Made by a program: the position numbers and the translations under genes. The notes under the pieces were generated by a model that saw only the letters and a program-made list of their open reading frames with translations, did not search any database and was not told where the DNA came from. DNA of 64,000 nt from Amphiscolops sp. MND2022 (Eukaryota): positions 49,788,001-49,852,000 of the forward strand of contig OZ076409.1 of the NCBI GenBank assembly GCA_964187785.1, in the 5' to 3' direction. Below, in pieces: positions 10,258 to 24,172 of this stretch (positions are counted from its first letter, which is position 1; the number at the start of each line of letters is the position of its first letter).

Positions 10258-11873
10258 GTGAGACAAAATTGATTCGAATTTAGTGATCATTTAATTGTGT
10301 GCACTCAGACGAACTGAAGTTGATCTGATCTAAAATGGGTTGTTAGCAACTTTTCTAATATTTGTTGTCTAGTTGAAATGGTAAAATTTCTGGGCTGCGG
10401 GTACATTATAGTAATTTTGTTTTGCCAAAATTTTTATTACTAATTGAAATGATGATAATGTTTTATATGGACGAAAGGTTTCATCGATCTAGAAGATTTT
10501 TCGAACGTTATTTCGAAATCTGAATCAGTTGAATTAACGTTTCGGATATACTTTCAGGAATTTTTTGTCCGTTTTTCATTTTTTCCCACTTTGAAATGAT
10601 TTGCGCGAGTTTTTAAAGTTTCTAGTCACTGCGCCGCAAATTATTCTCGCCCAGCTTTATATAAAAATATTGGAAATTTTCCCGGTGAAAAGTTTCTTGT
10701 GTGAATTCAACAAAATTGATGTACTTGTACATATATCGGTAATTGGCAATCACAGTTACTTCTTTTGGATGTTTGAATTATGGATTTACAATAGAAACAA
10801 GCCCGTAACGGCCCCAGTCGACGCCCCATTCAAGGTTTAGAAATGTTTTGACTATGCAAAGGGTCACTGTTGTGGAAATTTTATCAAATATACAGTGCCG
10901 AAAAATACCCGGAGGGATACCCATAAATCTCGAAAACCACTTTTCCCGTAACAGGAAACATGTGAGGTTGGTAAAATTACTTAATTGCATGGATAATATA
11001 AGATGAAATTCCAACTAACTAGATTTTGATGAAGGCGTTCTGGATAATTCACACGCAAAAACCTCAGCACTGCTCAAGAAACGTGAGACAAAATTGATTC
11101 GAATTTAGTGATCATTTAATTGTGTGCACTCAGACGAACTGAAGTTGATCTGATCTAAAATGGGTTGTTAGCAACTTTTCTAATATTTGTTGTCTAGTTG
11201 AAATGGTAAAATTTCTGGGCTGCGGGTACATTATAGTAATTTTGTTTTGCCAAAATTTTTATTACTAATTGAAATGATGATAATGTTTTATATAGACGAA
11301 AGGTTCCATCGATCTAGAAGATTTTTCGAACGTTATTTCGAAATCTGAATCAGTTGAATTAACGTTTCGGATATACTTTCAGGAATTTTTTGTCCGTTTT
11401 TCATTTTTTCCCACTTTGAAATGATTTGCGCGAGTTTTTAAAGTTTCTAGTCACTGCGCCGCAAATTATTCTCGCCCAGCTTCAATATAAAAATATTGGA
11501 AATTTTCCCGGTGAAAAGTTTCTTGTGTGAATTCAACAAAATTGATGTACTTGTACATATATCGGTAATTGGCAATCACAGTTACTTCTTTTGGATGTTT
11601 GAATTATGGATTTACAATAGAAACAAGCCCGTAACGGCCCCAGTCGACGCCCCATTCAAGGTTTAGAAATGTTTTGACTATGCAAAGGGTCACTGTTGTG
11701 GAAATTTTATCAAATATACAGTGCCGAAAAATACCCGGAGGGATACCCATAAATCTCGAAAACCACTTTTCCCGTAACAGGAAACATGTGAGGTTGGTAA
11801 AATTACTTAATTGCATGGATAATATAAGATGAAATTCCAACTAACCAGATTTTGATGAAGGCGTTCTGGATAA
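10223..11873. repeat. Tandem duplication, 2 x ~826 bp
   Basis: 10223-11047 and 11048-11873 are near-identical. The ORF track gives identical peptides at 10778-11014 and 11604-11840. Confidence 0.95.
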
Positions 11874-12440
11874 CAGCAAAGTGAATATCTGTTTAGACAA
11901 CTCAAACCTATATCATGAAAGAACGTCGCGATAAATCAATGGCTCATGTACTGTTCAAATTTGACCGTAACAATGTTCCGGTTGTGTTAAAAACCTCAAA
12001 TTCAAAGCGTGAAAACTAACAACAATTCAATTAAAGCGTCTTCTCCGCCTAATAAAAATTTCAAAAGTGATCCGATTAAGATGTGATGCCCAAAAATAGA
12101 GCATGTAGTTCAAATTTGAAGGATACCGGGTGAAAACCGCCCGACTAGGCAGACATATTGAAGGATAGGTGTCTGCACATTCATGGAATCAAAACCTTCC
12201 CAACTGACAAGTGTTTCAAAAAATCTCAAGATACGGCTAATTATGGCACTTTGATGTCTATTCCTAAAATTTTGGCCACAAAATAGTAAATGGGCCGACA
12301 GTCGTCTGGGAAGCCGTCAAGGACATGTAACACGCGTCTGATAACCGATCTAAAATTGAGGCAAACGAAGACCACAAAAGTGGAGAGGGCCCGAAGAGAC
12401 GAACGGCAGGAATTATCCCGGAGACACCCCACCCAACCTC

Positions 12441-15400
12441 ACATTGACTTACGCTTTTGTTCTTTCTTTCCGTCTGCCCTTTCTCTTTCACTGGAGCCAC
12501 ACTTAGCAGAACTACGTAGTTTTTCTACTGGTGTAAGTTATAACCTATAATAGGGGATTTTCGCCTCTTCAATTGAAATTTTGCACGACAGTTTTTCTGC
12601 AAGAGATTAGCTATGCGGATTGCTTTTTGTCCGTTTGCAGAGGTTTATCGATTGAAACGGTATCCGTGACCTAGTAGCATTGGATCGTAGCATTGAGCTA
12701 CCGTGAAACTTTCACAGTCTCTTGCAAAGAAAAAACAACCCGTTTCCATTGGGTTCGAGATTCATATTAACGTTGTAGTGAAACTAAGGTTGAATGGCAA
12801 ACCTATATAGTATACCGAGTGGAATTTTTAGTACCCTAGTGCTTGCCTGTTAGTGATCTCGGACCCATGCACTTAATGCTAAGGACAAGAGTGACTGATA
12901 CTGTTGATTCGGTTAAAGTGTGTTTCTCTCAACAGTCGCAAGAGCATTTTTACAAGCGGGTACAAAAACTCTGTGGACTAATTGCATTCTCCATACGTTT
13001 TCTTTAGCTAACTTCGGTGAATTGGTTCACCTCGAAGCACTCTAGTAAGCAACTTCTCACCACCAACGGGATTTGTGGGTATCCCAGAACTTTCGGGTCT
13101 GTAACCCTGCACCTGTGGAACGTACCTCTCCGGTTGATAGGTGTGATTTTCACAAAACAAAAAACATGTCTCATAGTGCCAAAAGAGCTTTAAGCTCTCA
13201 TTACGCTTTTTTCAAGCCGAAAACATTTTCGAAAGAGGAGGGACAATCTTTGACAAAATTTTTTCCCGAAAAATCGTTGTCAAAAACCGTAGGTCTTCTC
13301 CACAGTTATTGAGAAAACTCATCAGTTCCACAGGACCAAAAATAATTGAAGAGGCCATCCTTAAGACTCGAAAAACAGTTTTCCTTGACAGAAAACCTCA
13401 AAAAAATTGAGGAAAAAATTTTCGAAAATTATTTCCGATTTTTTTTTCAAAATGTTAAGTTGTATAGTGCCAATAAACCTAAGGTGGCTCTCTATGCTCG
13501 CAAGATGCTTCGTTTCTGCTAATATCGAGGGTGGGGGTTTAGATTTATAAAAATTTCATTTGTTCTCCCCTTTACTTATCATAAAAAGTTTTGAGCCATC
13601 GCAGGGTTCGAACACACTCAAACTAATTCTCAGCTACTGTCTCATTCCCGAAACCCTTAGGCCAAGTGGCGGGAGCTAAGGTAACTTGAAACAAGCCGGG
13701 ACCGGCCCAAGTCGGAGCCCTATTCAAGGCTCAAAAATAGCAAAAAGACTTCCAAGTGTCAAGTATTCTTTTACAGTACTCGAAAGTTTTTTGAAAAGAA
13801 ATTTTCGAAATTACATACTCAAAAAAAATAGACCGAGTGGCGCGCCGGGGCCGGCTAGCGCGAGCCCCTGGCGCGCTAAAGTCTCACAATGCCGAAAAAC
13901 TGAAAGGGGGTTTCTTTGGGGTTTTTCAACATCCATTCTGTCGCAAAACATCAAAAAAAATGCAGGGGGGGACCCTTTGGGGAAAATTTTTTTTCGAAAA
14001 AAAGTCTCGCTGTTCCGAAAAAAATGAAAGGGGGGAGACTTTGGTATGGTATGTTACGCGGAAAAACAGGAAAAACCTTTCTGGTTCAGTTCGCTAGACC
14101 AAATAGTGCAATTTGGTGCAATAATGTTTTGTAGAACTTTTGTAGAACTATTTTGGTCAGTTCGTGTGGATAGAAAAAAAGTCACTATAATAGTCGCGTT
14201 TCACTTCATGAAGCGCCGACTAAAAATGTCAGTTCGCTGGTCTTTGAAAAAGGCACTAATATAGTCACCTTGAAGTTGCTCTTTAAGTGGAAAGTTTGAA
14301 GAAGCATAGCAGTGGTATGATCTGTCTCATATTGAATGAAAAATATCAACTGGCATGTACCGTCGGAATCGAAAACGTGCTTATTGATTTTCAAATGCTG
14401 ATAATATAATATTTTTCCAAACGAGGTAAAGGCAAAACGAAGGAAAAGTATATCCTCCCTTGCTAATATTGTGGACCCTTAAGTGTTTTTCCGACTGGAA
14501 TTAGTTGCGTTTGGGTTGAATCGACATCAAGTGACATTGACTTTCGCTTTCGTTCTTTCTTTCCGTCTGCCCTTTCTCTTTCACTGGAGCCACACTTAGC
14601 AGAACTACGTAGTTTTTCTACTGGTGTAAGTTATAACCTATAATAGGGGATTTTCGCCTCTTCAATTGAAATTTTGCACGACAGTTTTTCTGCAAGAGAT
14701 TAGCTATGCGGATTGCTTTTTGTCCGTTTGCAGAGGTTTATCGATTGAAACGGTATCCGTGACCTAGTAGCATTGGATCGTAGCATTGAGCTACCGTGAA
14801 ACTTTCAGTCTCTTGCAAAGAAAAAACCCGTTTCCATTGGGTTCGAGATTCATATTAACGTTGTAGTGAAACTAAGGTTGAATGGCAAACCTATATAGTA
14901 TACCGAGTGGAATTTTTAGTACCCTAGTGCTTGCCTGTTAGTGATCTCGGACCCATGCACTTAATGCTAAGGACAAGAGTGACTGATACTGTTGATTCGG
15001 TTAAAGTGTGTTTCTCTCAACAGTCGCAAGAGCATTTTTACAAGCGGGTACAAAAACTCTGTGGACTAATTGCATTCTCCATACGTTTTCTTTAGCTAAC
15101 TTCGGTGAATTGGTTCACCTCGAAGCACTCTAGTAAGCAACTTCTCACCACCACCACCAACGGGATTTGTGGGTATCCCAGAACTTTCGGGTCTGTAACC
15201 CTGCACCTGTGGAACGTACCTCTCCGGTTGATAGGTGTGATTTTCACAAAACAAAAAACATGTCTCATAGTGCCAAAAGAGCTTTGAGCTCTCATTACGC
15301 TTTTTTCCAGCCGAAAACATTTTCGAAAGAGGAGGGACAATCTTTGACAAAATTTTTTTCCCGAAAAATGGTTGTCAAAAACCGTAGGTCTTCTCCACAG

Positions 15401-18400
15401 CTATTGAGAAAACTCATCAGTTCCACAGGACCAAAAGTAATTGAAGAGGCCATCCTTAAGACTCGAAAAACAGTTTTCCTTGACAGAAAACCTCAAAAAA
15501 ATTGTGGAAAAAATTTTCGAAAATTATTTCCGATTTTTTTTTCAAAATGTTAAGTTGTATAGTGCCAATAAACCTAAGGTGGCTCTCTATGCTCGCAAGA
15601 TGCTTCGTTTCTGCTAATATCGAGGGTGGGGGTTTAGATTCATAAAAATTTCATTTACTTAGCATAAAAATTTTTGAGCCATCGCAGGGTTCGAACCCAC
15701 TCAAACTAATTCTCAGCTACTGTCTCATTCCCGAAACCCTTAGGCCAAGTGGCGGGAGCTAAGGTAACTTGAAACAAGCCGGGACCGGCCCAAGTCGGAG
15801 CCCTATTCAAGGCTCAAAAATAGCAAAAAGACTTCCAAGTGTCAAGTATTCTTTTACAGTACTCGAAAGTTTTTTGGAAAAAAAATTTTCGAAAAAATTA
15901 CATACTCAAAAAAAATAGACCGAGTGGCGCGCCGGGGCCGGCTAGCGCGAGCCCCTGGCGCGCTAAAGTCTCACAATGCCGAAAAACTGAAAGGGGGGTT
16001 TCTTTGGGGTTTTTCAACATCCATTCTGTCGCAAAACATCAAAAAAAATGCAGGGGGACCCTTTGGGGAAAATTTTTTTTCGAAAAAAAGTCTCGCAGTT
16101 CCGAAAAAAATGAAAGGGGGAGACTTTGGTATGGTATGTTACGCGGAAAAACAGGGAAAACCTTTCTGGTTCAGTTCGCTAGACCAAATAGTGCAATTTG
16201 GTGCAATAATTTTTTGTAGAACTTTTGTAGAACTATTTTGGTCAGTTCGTGTGGATAGAAAAAAAGAATCACTATAATAGTCGCGTTTCATTTCATGAAG
16301 CGCCGACTAAAAATGTCAGTTCGCTGGTCTTTGAAAAAGGCACGAATATAGTCACCTTGAAGTTGCTCTTTAAGTGGAAAGTTTGAAGAAGCATAGCAGT
16401 GGTATGATGTCTCATATTGAATGAAAAATATCAACTGGCATGTACCGTCGGAATCGAAAACGTGCTTATTGATTTTCAAATGCTGATAATATAATATTTT
16501 TCCAAACGAGGTAAAGGCAAAACGAAGGAAAAGTATATCCTCCCTTGCTAATATTGTGGACCCTTAAGTGTTTTTCCGACTGGAATTAGTTGCGTTTGGG
16601 TTGAATCGACATCAAGTGACATTGACTTTCGCTTTCGTTCTTTCTTTCCGTCTGCCCTTTCTCTTTCACTGGAGCCACACTTAGCAGAACTACGTAGTTT
16701 TTCTACTGGTGTAAGTTATAACCTATAATAGGGGATTTTCGCCTCTTCATTTGAAATTTTGCACGACAGTTTTTCTGCAAGAGATTAGCTATGCGGATTG
16801 CTTTTTGTCCGTTTGCAGAGGTTTATCGATTAAAACGGTATCCGTGACCTAGTAGCATTGGATCGTAGCATTGAGCTACCGTGAAACTTTCAGTCTCTTG
16901 CAAAAAAGCCCGTTTCCAATGGGTTCGAGATTCATATTAACGTTGTAGTGAAACTAAGGTTGAATGGCAAACCTATATAGTATACCGAGTGGAATTTTTA
17001 GTACCCTAGTGCTTGCCTGTTAGTGATCTCGGACCCATGCACTTAATGCTAAGGACAAGAGTGACTGATACTGTTGATTCGGTTAAAGTGTGTTTCTCTC
17101 AACAGTCGCAAGAGCATTTTTACAAGCGGGTACAAAAACTCTGTGGACTAATTGAATTCTCCATACGTTTTCTTTAGCTAACTTCGGTGAATTGGTTCAC
17201 CTCGAAGCACTCTAGTAAGCAACTTCTCACCACCAACGGGATTTGTGGGTATCCCAGAACTTTCGGGTCTGTAACCCTGCACCTGTGGAACGTACCTCTC
17301 CGGTTGATAGGTGTGATTTTCACAAAACAAAAAACATGTCTCATAGTGCCAAAAGAGCTTTGAGCTCTCATTACGCTTTTTTCAAGCCGAAAACATTTTC
17401 GAAAGAGGAGGGACAATCTTTGACAAAATTTTTTTCCCGAAAAATCGTTGTCAAAAACCGCAGGTCTTCTCCACAGTTATTGAGAAAACTCATCAGTTCC
17501 ACAGGACCAAAAATAATTGAAGAGGCCATCCTTAAGACTCGAAAAACAGTTTTCCTTGACAGAAAACCTCAAAAAAAATGTGGAAAAAATTTTCGAAAAT
17601 TATTTCCGATTTTTTTTTCAAAATGTTAAGTTGTATAGTGCCAATAAACCTAAGGTGGCTCTCTATGCTCGCAAGATGCTTCGTTTCTGCTAATATCGAG
17701 GGTGGGGGTTTAGATTTATAAAAATTTCATTTGTTCTCCCCTTTACTTAGCATAAAAAGTTTTGAGCCATCGCAGGGTTCGAACCCACTCAAACTAATTC
17801 TCAGCTACTGTCTCATTCCCGAAACCCTTCCATTCCCGAAAAGGCCAAGTGGCGGGAGCTCAGGTAACTTGAAACAAGCCGGGACCGGCCCAAGTCGGAG
17901 CCCTATTCAAGGCTCAAAAATAGCAAAAAGACTTCCAAGTGTCAAGTATTCTTCTACAGTACTCGAAAGTTTTTTGGAAAAAAAATTTCCGAAAAAATTA
18001 CATACTCAAAAAAAATAGACCGAGTGGCGCGCCGGGGCCGGCTAGCGCGAGCCCCTGGCGCGCTAAAGTCTCACAATGCCGAAAAACTGAAAGGGGGGAC
18101 CCTTTGGGGTTTTTCAACATCCATTCTGTCGCAAAACATCAAAAAAAATGCAGGGGGGGCCCTTTGGGGAAATTTTTTTTCGAAAAAAAAGTCTCGCAGT
18201 TCCGAAAAAAATGAAAGGGGGGAGACTATGGTATGGTATGTTACGCGGAAAAACCGGAAAAACCTTTCTGGTTCAGTTCGCTAGACCAAATAGTGCAATT
18301 TGGTGCAATTATATTTTGTAGAACTTTTGTAGAACTATTTTGGTCAGTTCGTGTGGATAGAAAAAAAGAGTCACTATAATAGTCGCGTTTCACTTCATGA

Positions 18401-21400
18401 AGCGCCGACTAAAAATGTCAGTTCGCTGGTCTTTGAAAAAGGCACGAATATAGTCACCTTGAAGTTGCTCTTTAAGTGGAAAGTTTGAAGAAGCATAGCA
18501 GTGGTATGATGTCTCATATTGAATGAAAAATATCAACTGGCATGTACCGTCGGAATCGAAAACGTGCTTATTGATTTTCAAATGCTGATAATATAATATT
18601 TTTCCAAACGAGGTAAAGGCAAAACGAAGGAAAAGTATATCCTCCCTTGCTAATATTGTGGACCCTTAAGTGTTTTTCCGACTGGAATTAGTTGCGTTTG
18701 GGTTGAATCGACATCAAGTGACATTGACTTTCGCTTTCGTTCTTTCTTTCCGTCTGCCCTTTCTCTTTCACTGGAGCCACACTTAGCAGAACTACGTAGT
18801 TTTTCTACTGGTGTAAGTTATAACCTATAATAGGGGATTTTCGCCTCTTCAATTGAAATTTTGCACGACAGTTTTTCTGCAAGAGATTAGCTATGCGGAT
18901 TGCTTTTTGTCCGTTTGCAGAGGTTTATCGATTGAAACGGTATCCGTGACCTAGTAGCATTGGATCGTAGCATTGAGCTACCGTGAAACTTTCAGTCTCT
19001 TGCAAAAAAGCCCGTTTCCAATGGGTTCGAGATTCATATTAACGTTGTAGTGAAACTAAGGTTGAATGGCAAACCTATATAGTATACCGAGTGGAATTTT
19101 TAGTACCCTAGTGCTTGCCTGTTAGTGATCTCGGACCCATGCACTTAATGCTAAGGACAAGAGTGACTGATACTGTTGATTCGGTTAAAGTGTGTTTCTC
19201 TCAACAGTCGCAAGAGCATTTTTACAAGCGGGTACAAAAACTCTGTGGACTAATTGAATTCTCCATACGTTTTCTTTAGCTAACTTCGGTGAATTGGTTC
19301 ACCTCGAAGCACTCTAGTAAGCAACTTCTCACCACCAACGGGATTTGTGGGTATCCCAGAACTTTCGGGTCTGTAACCCTGCACCTGTGGAACGTACCTC
19401 TCCGGTTGATAGGTGTGATTTTCACAAAACAAAAAACATGTCTCATAGTGCCAAAAGAGCTTTGAGCTCTCATTACGCTTTTTTCAAGCCGAAAACATTT
19501 TCGAAAGAGGAGGGACAATCTTTGACAAAATTTTTTTCCCGAAAAATCGTTGTCAAAAACCGCAGGTCTTCTCCACAGTTATTGAGAAAACTCATCAGTT
19601 CCACACGACCAAAAATAATTGAAGAGGCCATCCTTAAGACTCGAAAAACAGTTTTCCTTGACAGAAAACCTCAAAAAAATGTGGAAAAAATTTTCGAAAA
19701 TTATTTCCGATTTTTTTTTCAAAATGTTAAGTTGTATAGTGCCAATAAACCTAAGGTGGCTCTCTATGCTCGCAAGATGCTTCGTTTCTGCTAATATCGA
19801 GGGTGGGGGTTTAGATTTATAAAAATTTCATTTGTTCTCCCCTTTACTTAGCATAAAAAGTTTTGAGCCATCGCAGGGTTCGAACCCACTCAAACTAATT
19901 CTCAGCTACTGTCTCATTCCCGAAACCCTTCCATTCCCGAAAAGGCCAAGTGGCGGGAGCTCAGGTAACTTGAAACAAGCCGGGACCGGCCCAAGTCGGA
20001 GCCCTATTCAAGGCTCAAAAATAGCAAAAAGACTTCCAAGTGTCAAGTATTCTTCTACAGTACTCGAAAGTTTTTTGAAAAAAAAAATTCCGAAAAAATT
20101 ACATACTCAAAAAAATAGACCGAGTGGCGCGCCGGGGCCGGCTAGCGCGAGCCCCTGGCGCGCTAAAGTCTCACAATGCCGAAAAACTGAAAGGGGGGAC
20201 CCTTTGGGGTTTTTCAACATCCATTCTGTCGCAAAACATCAAAAAAAATGCAGGGGGGGCCTTTGGGGAAATTTTTTTTCGAAAAAAAAGTCTCGCAGTT
20301 CCGAAAAAAATGAAAGGGGGGAGACTATGGTATGGTATGTTACGCGGAAAAACCGGAAAAACCTTTCTGGTTCAGTTCGCTAGACCAAATAGTGCAATTT
20401 GGTGCAATTATATTTTGTAGAACTTTTGTAGAACTATTTTGGTCAGTTCGTGTGGATAGAAAACAAGCCGGGACCGGCCCAAGTCGGCGCCATATCCAAG
20501 GCTCAAAAATAGCAAAAAGACTTCCAAGTGTCAAGTACTCTTTTACAGTACTCGAAAACGCAAAGAAATGGACCGAGTGGCGCGCCCGGGGCCCACTAGC
20601 GCGAGCCCCTGGCCCGCTAAACGGGGGACACTTCCGAAATTGTCAACATTTTTGTCGCAGTTGAAGGGGGACCCTTTGAGAAAAAAGTCTCACAATGCCG
20701 AAAAACTGAAAGGGTGGACCCTTTGAGGTTTTTCAACATCCATTCTGTCGCAAAACATGAAAAAATTGAAGAAAACAAAAATTTTCATTTTCGGGAAAAA
20801 ATCTCACAATGCCGAAAAAAAACTGAAAGGGGGGACCCTTTGGGATTTTTCAACATCCATTCTGTCGCAAAACATCAAAAAAATGCAGGGGGACCCTTTG
20901 AGGAAAAAAAATTCCGAAGAAAAAAATTCCGAAAAAAAATGTCTCGCAGTGCCGAAAAAATGAAAGGGGGGAGTCTTTGGTCTCGCCCGGTATGGTATGT
21001 TACGCGGAAAAACAGGAAAAACCTTTTTGGTTCAGTTCGCTAGACCAAATAGTGCATTTTGATGCAATAATATTTTGTAGAACTTTTGTAGAACTATTTT
21101 GGTCAGTTTGTGTGGATAGAAAAAAAAGAGTCACTATAATAGTCGCGTTTCAGTTCATGAAGCGCCGACTAAAAAAGAGTCACTATAATAGTCGCGTTTC
21201 ACTTCATGAAGCGCCGACTAAAAATGTCAGTTCGCTGGTCTTTGAAAAAGGCACTAATATAGTCACCTTGAAGTTGCTCTTTAAGTGGAAAGTTTGAAGA
21301 AGCATAGCAGTGGTATGATCTGTCTCATATTGAATGAAAAATATCAACTGGCATGTACCGTCGGAATCGAAAACGTGCTTATTGATTTTCAAATGCTGAT

Positions 21401-21533
21401 AATATAATATTTTTTCCAAACGAGGTAAAGGCAAAACGAAGGAAAAGTATATCCTCCCTTGCTAATATTGTGGACCCTTAAGTGTTTTTCCGACTGGAAT
21501 TAGTTGCGTTTGGGTTGAATCGACATCAAGTGA
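12441..21533. repeat. Tandem array of four ~2.1-kb units in NME7 intron 2 (starts 12441, 14534, 16619, 18721)
   Basis: The junction CATCAAGTG-ACATTGACTT recurs at each boundary. Unit lengths are 2093, 2085, 2102 and ~2812 bp; unit 4 carries an extra insertion. Each unit holds a family-A element (13689-14226, 15772-16313, 17872-18415, 19973-21224). Confidence 0.95.
20461..21175 (-). mobile_element. Family-A Helentron/HINE-like element nested inside another family-A copy
   Basis: AAACAAGCCGGGACCGGCCCAAGTCGGCGCC...GAAGCGCCGACTAAAAA sits in an A-run that is uninterrupted in array units 1-3. Confidence 0.85.
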
Positions 21534-22031
21534 GTATTTTCACCGTTTCACAGGTGAAAAAGGGTGAGGGAATAGGGAAACCGGTATTTGTTTAGAAAGA
21601 AGTTAGGACTAAGAATGCCCTGTGAGAGTGCTCATCGAAAGATCAGGTGGCGAATTTTTTGACCATTTTCTGCAGCCTTCGAATACCCACAAAAATAGTA
21701 GAGTCAATTCAAAGCATTTCCAAGAACTTGGGGAATTGATTTACGGAGTTGATGCTTATCTTTCCGTCTCCGATGAGACCATGTATTCAAATTTAGTAAC
21801 TAACAGTGAATTGCGTGCCTTGACCTAGGAGTCAAGAATATATAAACATCCTGTATATCTGGAAAATGTCTTATGCGAAGCTGAAATGATAAGAAGACGT
21901 AAATCTGATTTTTTGCAGGCTTTTGTTGTCCCACTTTGGTCGACAATTCCACTAGCAGCGAGGCAGTGCTTTTATTGAGATGGATCGAACTAGTATTAAA
22001 TATTCTAGGAAGTATAGTTATTCCAGATATG

Positions 22032-23201
22032 TTTTTAGCCGGCGCATTTTCCTTTTAAGGAAAAAAGCCCGACTATTACAGTGGCAAGTTTTCTTTTTTT
22101 TGTTAGATAACAGAATGTATGCGTAGCGGACACTTACAGAACTACTGGACCGGCAAGTGGAAACACATCTAAGATAATGCAAAGGAGTATCCCCTTTCAT
22201 TTATTTCAATTTTTAGCGTAAGATACAAATTCGGACGAGACTAAGGTCCCCCTTTAAATTTTTTTGGCACTGTGCGACTTTTTTTCCATTTTTTTTAGTC
22301 TCCAAAGGGCCCCTTCAAGTTTTTTGATATTTTGCTGCAAACTGGTTTCAAAAAGCCCAACGTTCTCCCCTTTTAAGTTTTTCGGCACCGTGAGACTGTT
22401 TCAAAATTCTCAATTTTCGTTTTTTATCCAAAAATTTTTTAACCCCAATGAACCTAGTGATGCTTTAAAGCAGCCTACCTTTTTTTCCAAATTCTGATTC
22501 CCTTTGCCAGTAGCCCATTTTCTCTAGCACAGTTTGTTTTCAACAAGTAATTGGTACCTAGATTGATTTGAATGGCACAAGCATTAGAAAAAGGTAATGT
22601 ATCTCCAAAGCTGAGAATAATGGGTTTTTTGCACAAAAAAAGTTATATTTTCTCAAAATTCAGATTTTGACGAAATCCTGTTTTCTCAAAAGTCTTTGAT
22701 CAATAGAAAAAACCAACCACATATCCTTCCACAACAAGTCCTGGTGCAACAAACCCCTATAATATTCTGTTGTTACTACAAGCCCCAGCGCAGCGGGCCG
22801 CACGAAGTGCGGAACTGCCGCGAAGCGGCGGTACCAAAAAAAACAGACTAAAATTCTGAAGGAAGGGGCGCGCGGCGACAGGGGCTCACCTGACCAAAAT
22901 GAAAGCCCAATATCAGACCTTTCAAACGCGCTATAGCTCGTTCCGCTGGTACGCGTAGTTGTGGAGATATTGATGATTGAAAGTTTTTTGGCAAATTTTT
23001 TTGAAAATTTTAAAAAAACGCCCAGGTCAATTGGGGTTAATGTCTCCAAAGGGTCTATTTCATTTTTTTTGAACTGCAGTTTCATTTTGCAACAAACTGG
23101 ATTCTCAAAAAATTCAAAGGGTCCCCCCTTTTACAATTTTAAAAACTTAGCGTTTTTTGAGCCTTAGATATAGCGCCGACTTCAGACGTTCCTGTCTTGT
23201 T
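22032..23201 (+). mobile_element. Family-A element in opposite orientation, interrupted or composite
   Basis: Begins TTTTTAGCCGGCGC...GCCCGACT and ends GAGCCTTAGATATAGCGCCGACTTCAGACGTTCCTGTCTTGTT. Unrelated sequence occupies ~22440-23040. Confidence 0.6.
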
Positions 23202-23410
23202 ATTATTGAAGTTAATGGTGGCATACCCCAAGGCAGAAATATTACTGAGCCCCGTAGGGGGCCCTGTTTTTGTTTCGTAGGTGATGTAAAAGTGAAGAAA
23301 ATTCAAGGTGAGACCCCTTTGACCCGCTAGCACCTGTTAAGACAATTATTAATCAATTCTCATCTTGAAGACGTAAAATTTGAAGATCGGACACTTTTCG
23401 CTGCGTCAAC

Positions 23411-24036
23411 TTTTTTAGTCGGCGCTTCATGAAGTGAAACGCGACTACTATAGTGACTCTTTTTTCTATCCACACGAACTGACCAAAATAGTTCTTAAAA
23501 GTTCTACCAAATATTATGGTGTCAAATTGCACCATTTGGCATTGCGAACTGGACCAAAAAGGTTTTCCCTATTTTTCCGCGTAACATACCATACCGGGTA
23601 ACACCAAAAGGTCCCCCTTTCAATTTTTTTCGGAACTGCGAGACATTTTTTTCGGATTTTTTTTCCCCAAAGGGTCCCCTTTCAGTTTTTTTCGGCATTG
23701 AGATTTTTTCCCGACAATAATTTTTTTCTTCAATTTTTTCATGTTTTGCAACAGAATGGATGTTGAAAAACCTCAAAGGGCCTTCCTTTCAGTTTTTCGG
23801 CATTGTGAGACTTTTTTCTCAAAGGGTCCCCCTTCAACTGCGACAAAAATGTTGACAATTTCGGAAGTGTCCCCCGTTTAGCGGGCCAGGGGCTTGCGCT
23901 AGTGGGCCCCGGCGCGCCACTCGGTCCATTTCTTTGCGTTTTCGATTTTCGAGTACTGTAAATTGACACTTGGAAGTCCTTTTGCAATTTTTGAGCCTTG
24001 GATATGGCGCTGACTTGGGCCGGTCCATGTTTGTTT
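23411..24036 (+). mobile_element. Family-A element, inverted relative to 20461-21175
   Basis: TTTTTTAGTCGGCGCTTCATGAAGTGAAACGCGACT ... GGCGCTGACTTGGGCCGGTCCATGTTTGTTT is a close reverse complement of the nested copy. Confidence 0.85.
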
Positions 24037-24172
24037 CTCTTCCTCTTTCCTCCGTCGGGGTTTCAATCTTCAAAGTATTTACACTTGCGATAAGCAAATG
24101 ATATGGGAAAGTGCGGGTGCTTTTTTTTCCGCGCGACAACTCTCGTTTCAGCCCGCAAGTCGCATAGTTCAA

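Noticed and set aside
21121..21224. Simple tandem duplication of the family-A end
   Set aside because: Better explained as the end of the nested element followed by the remainder of the host element.
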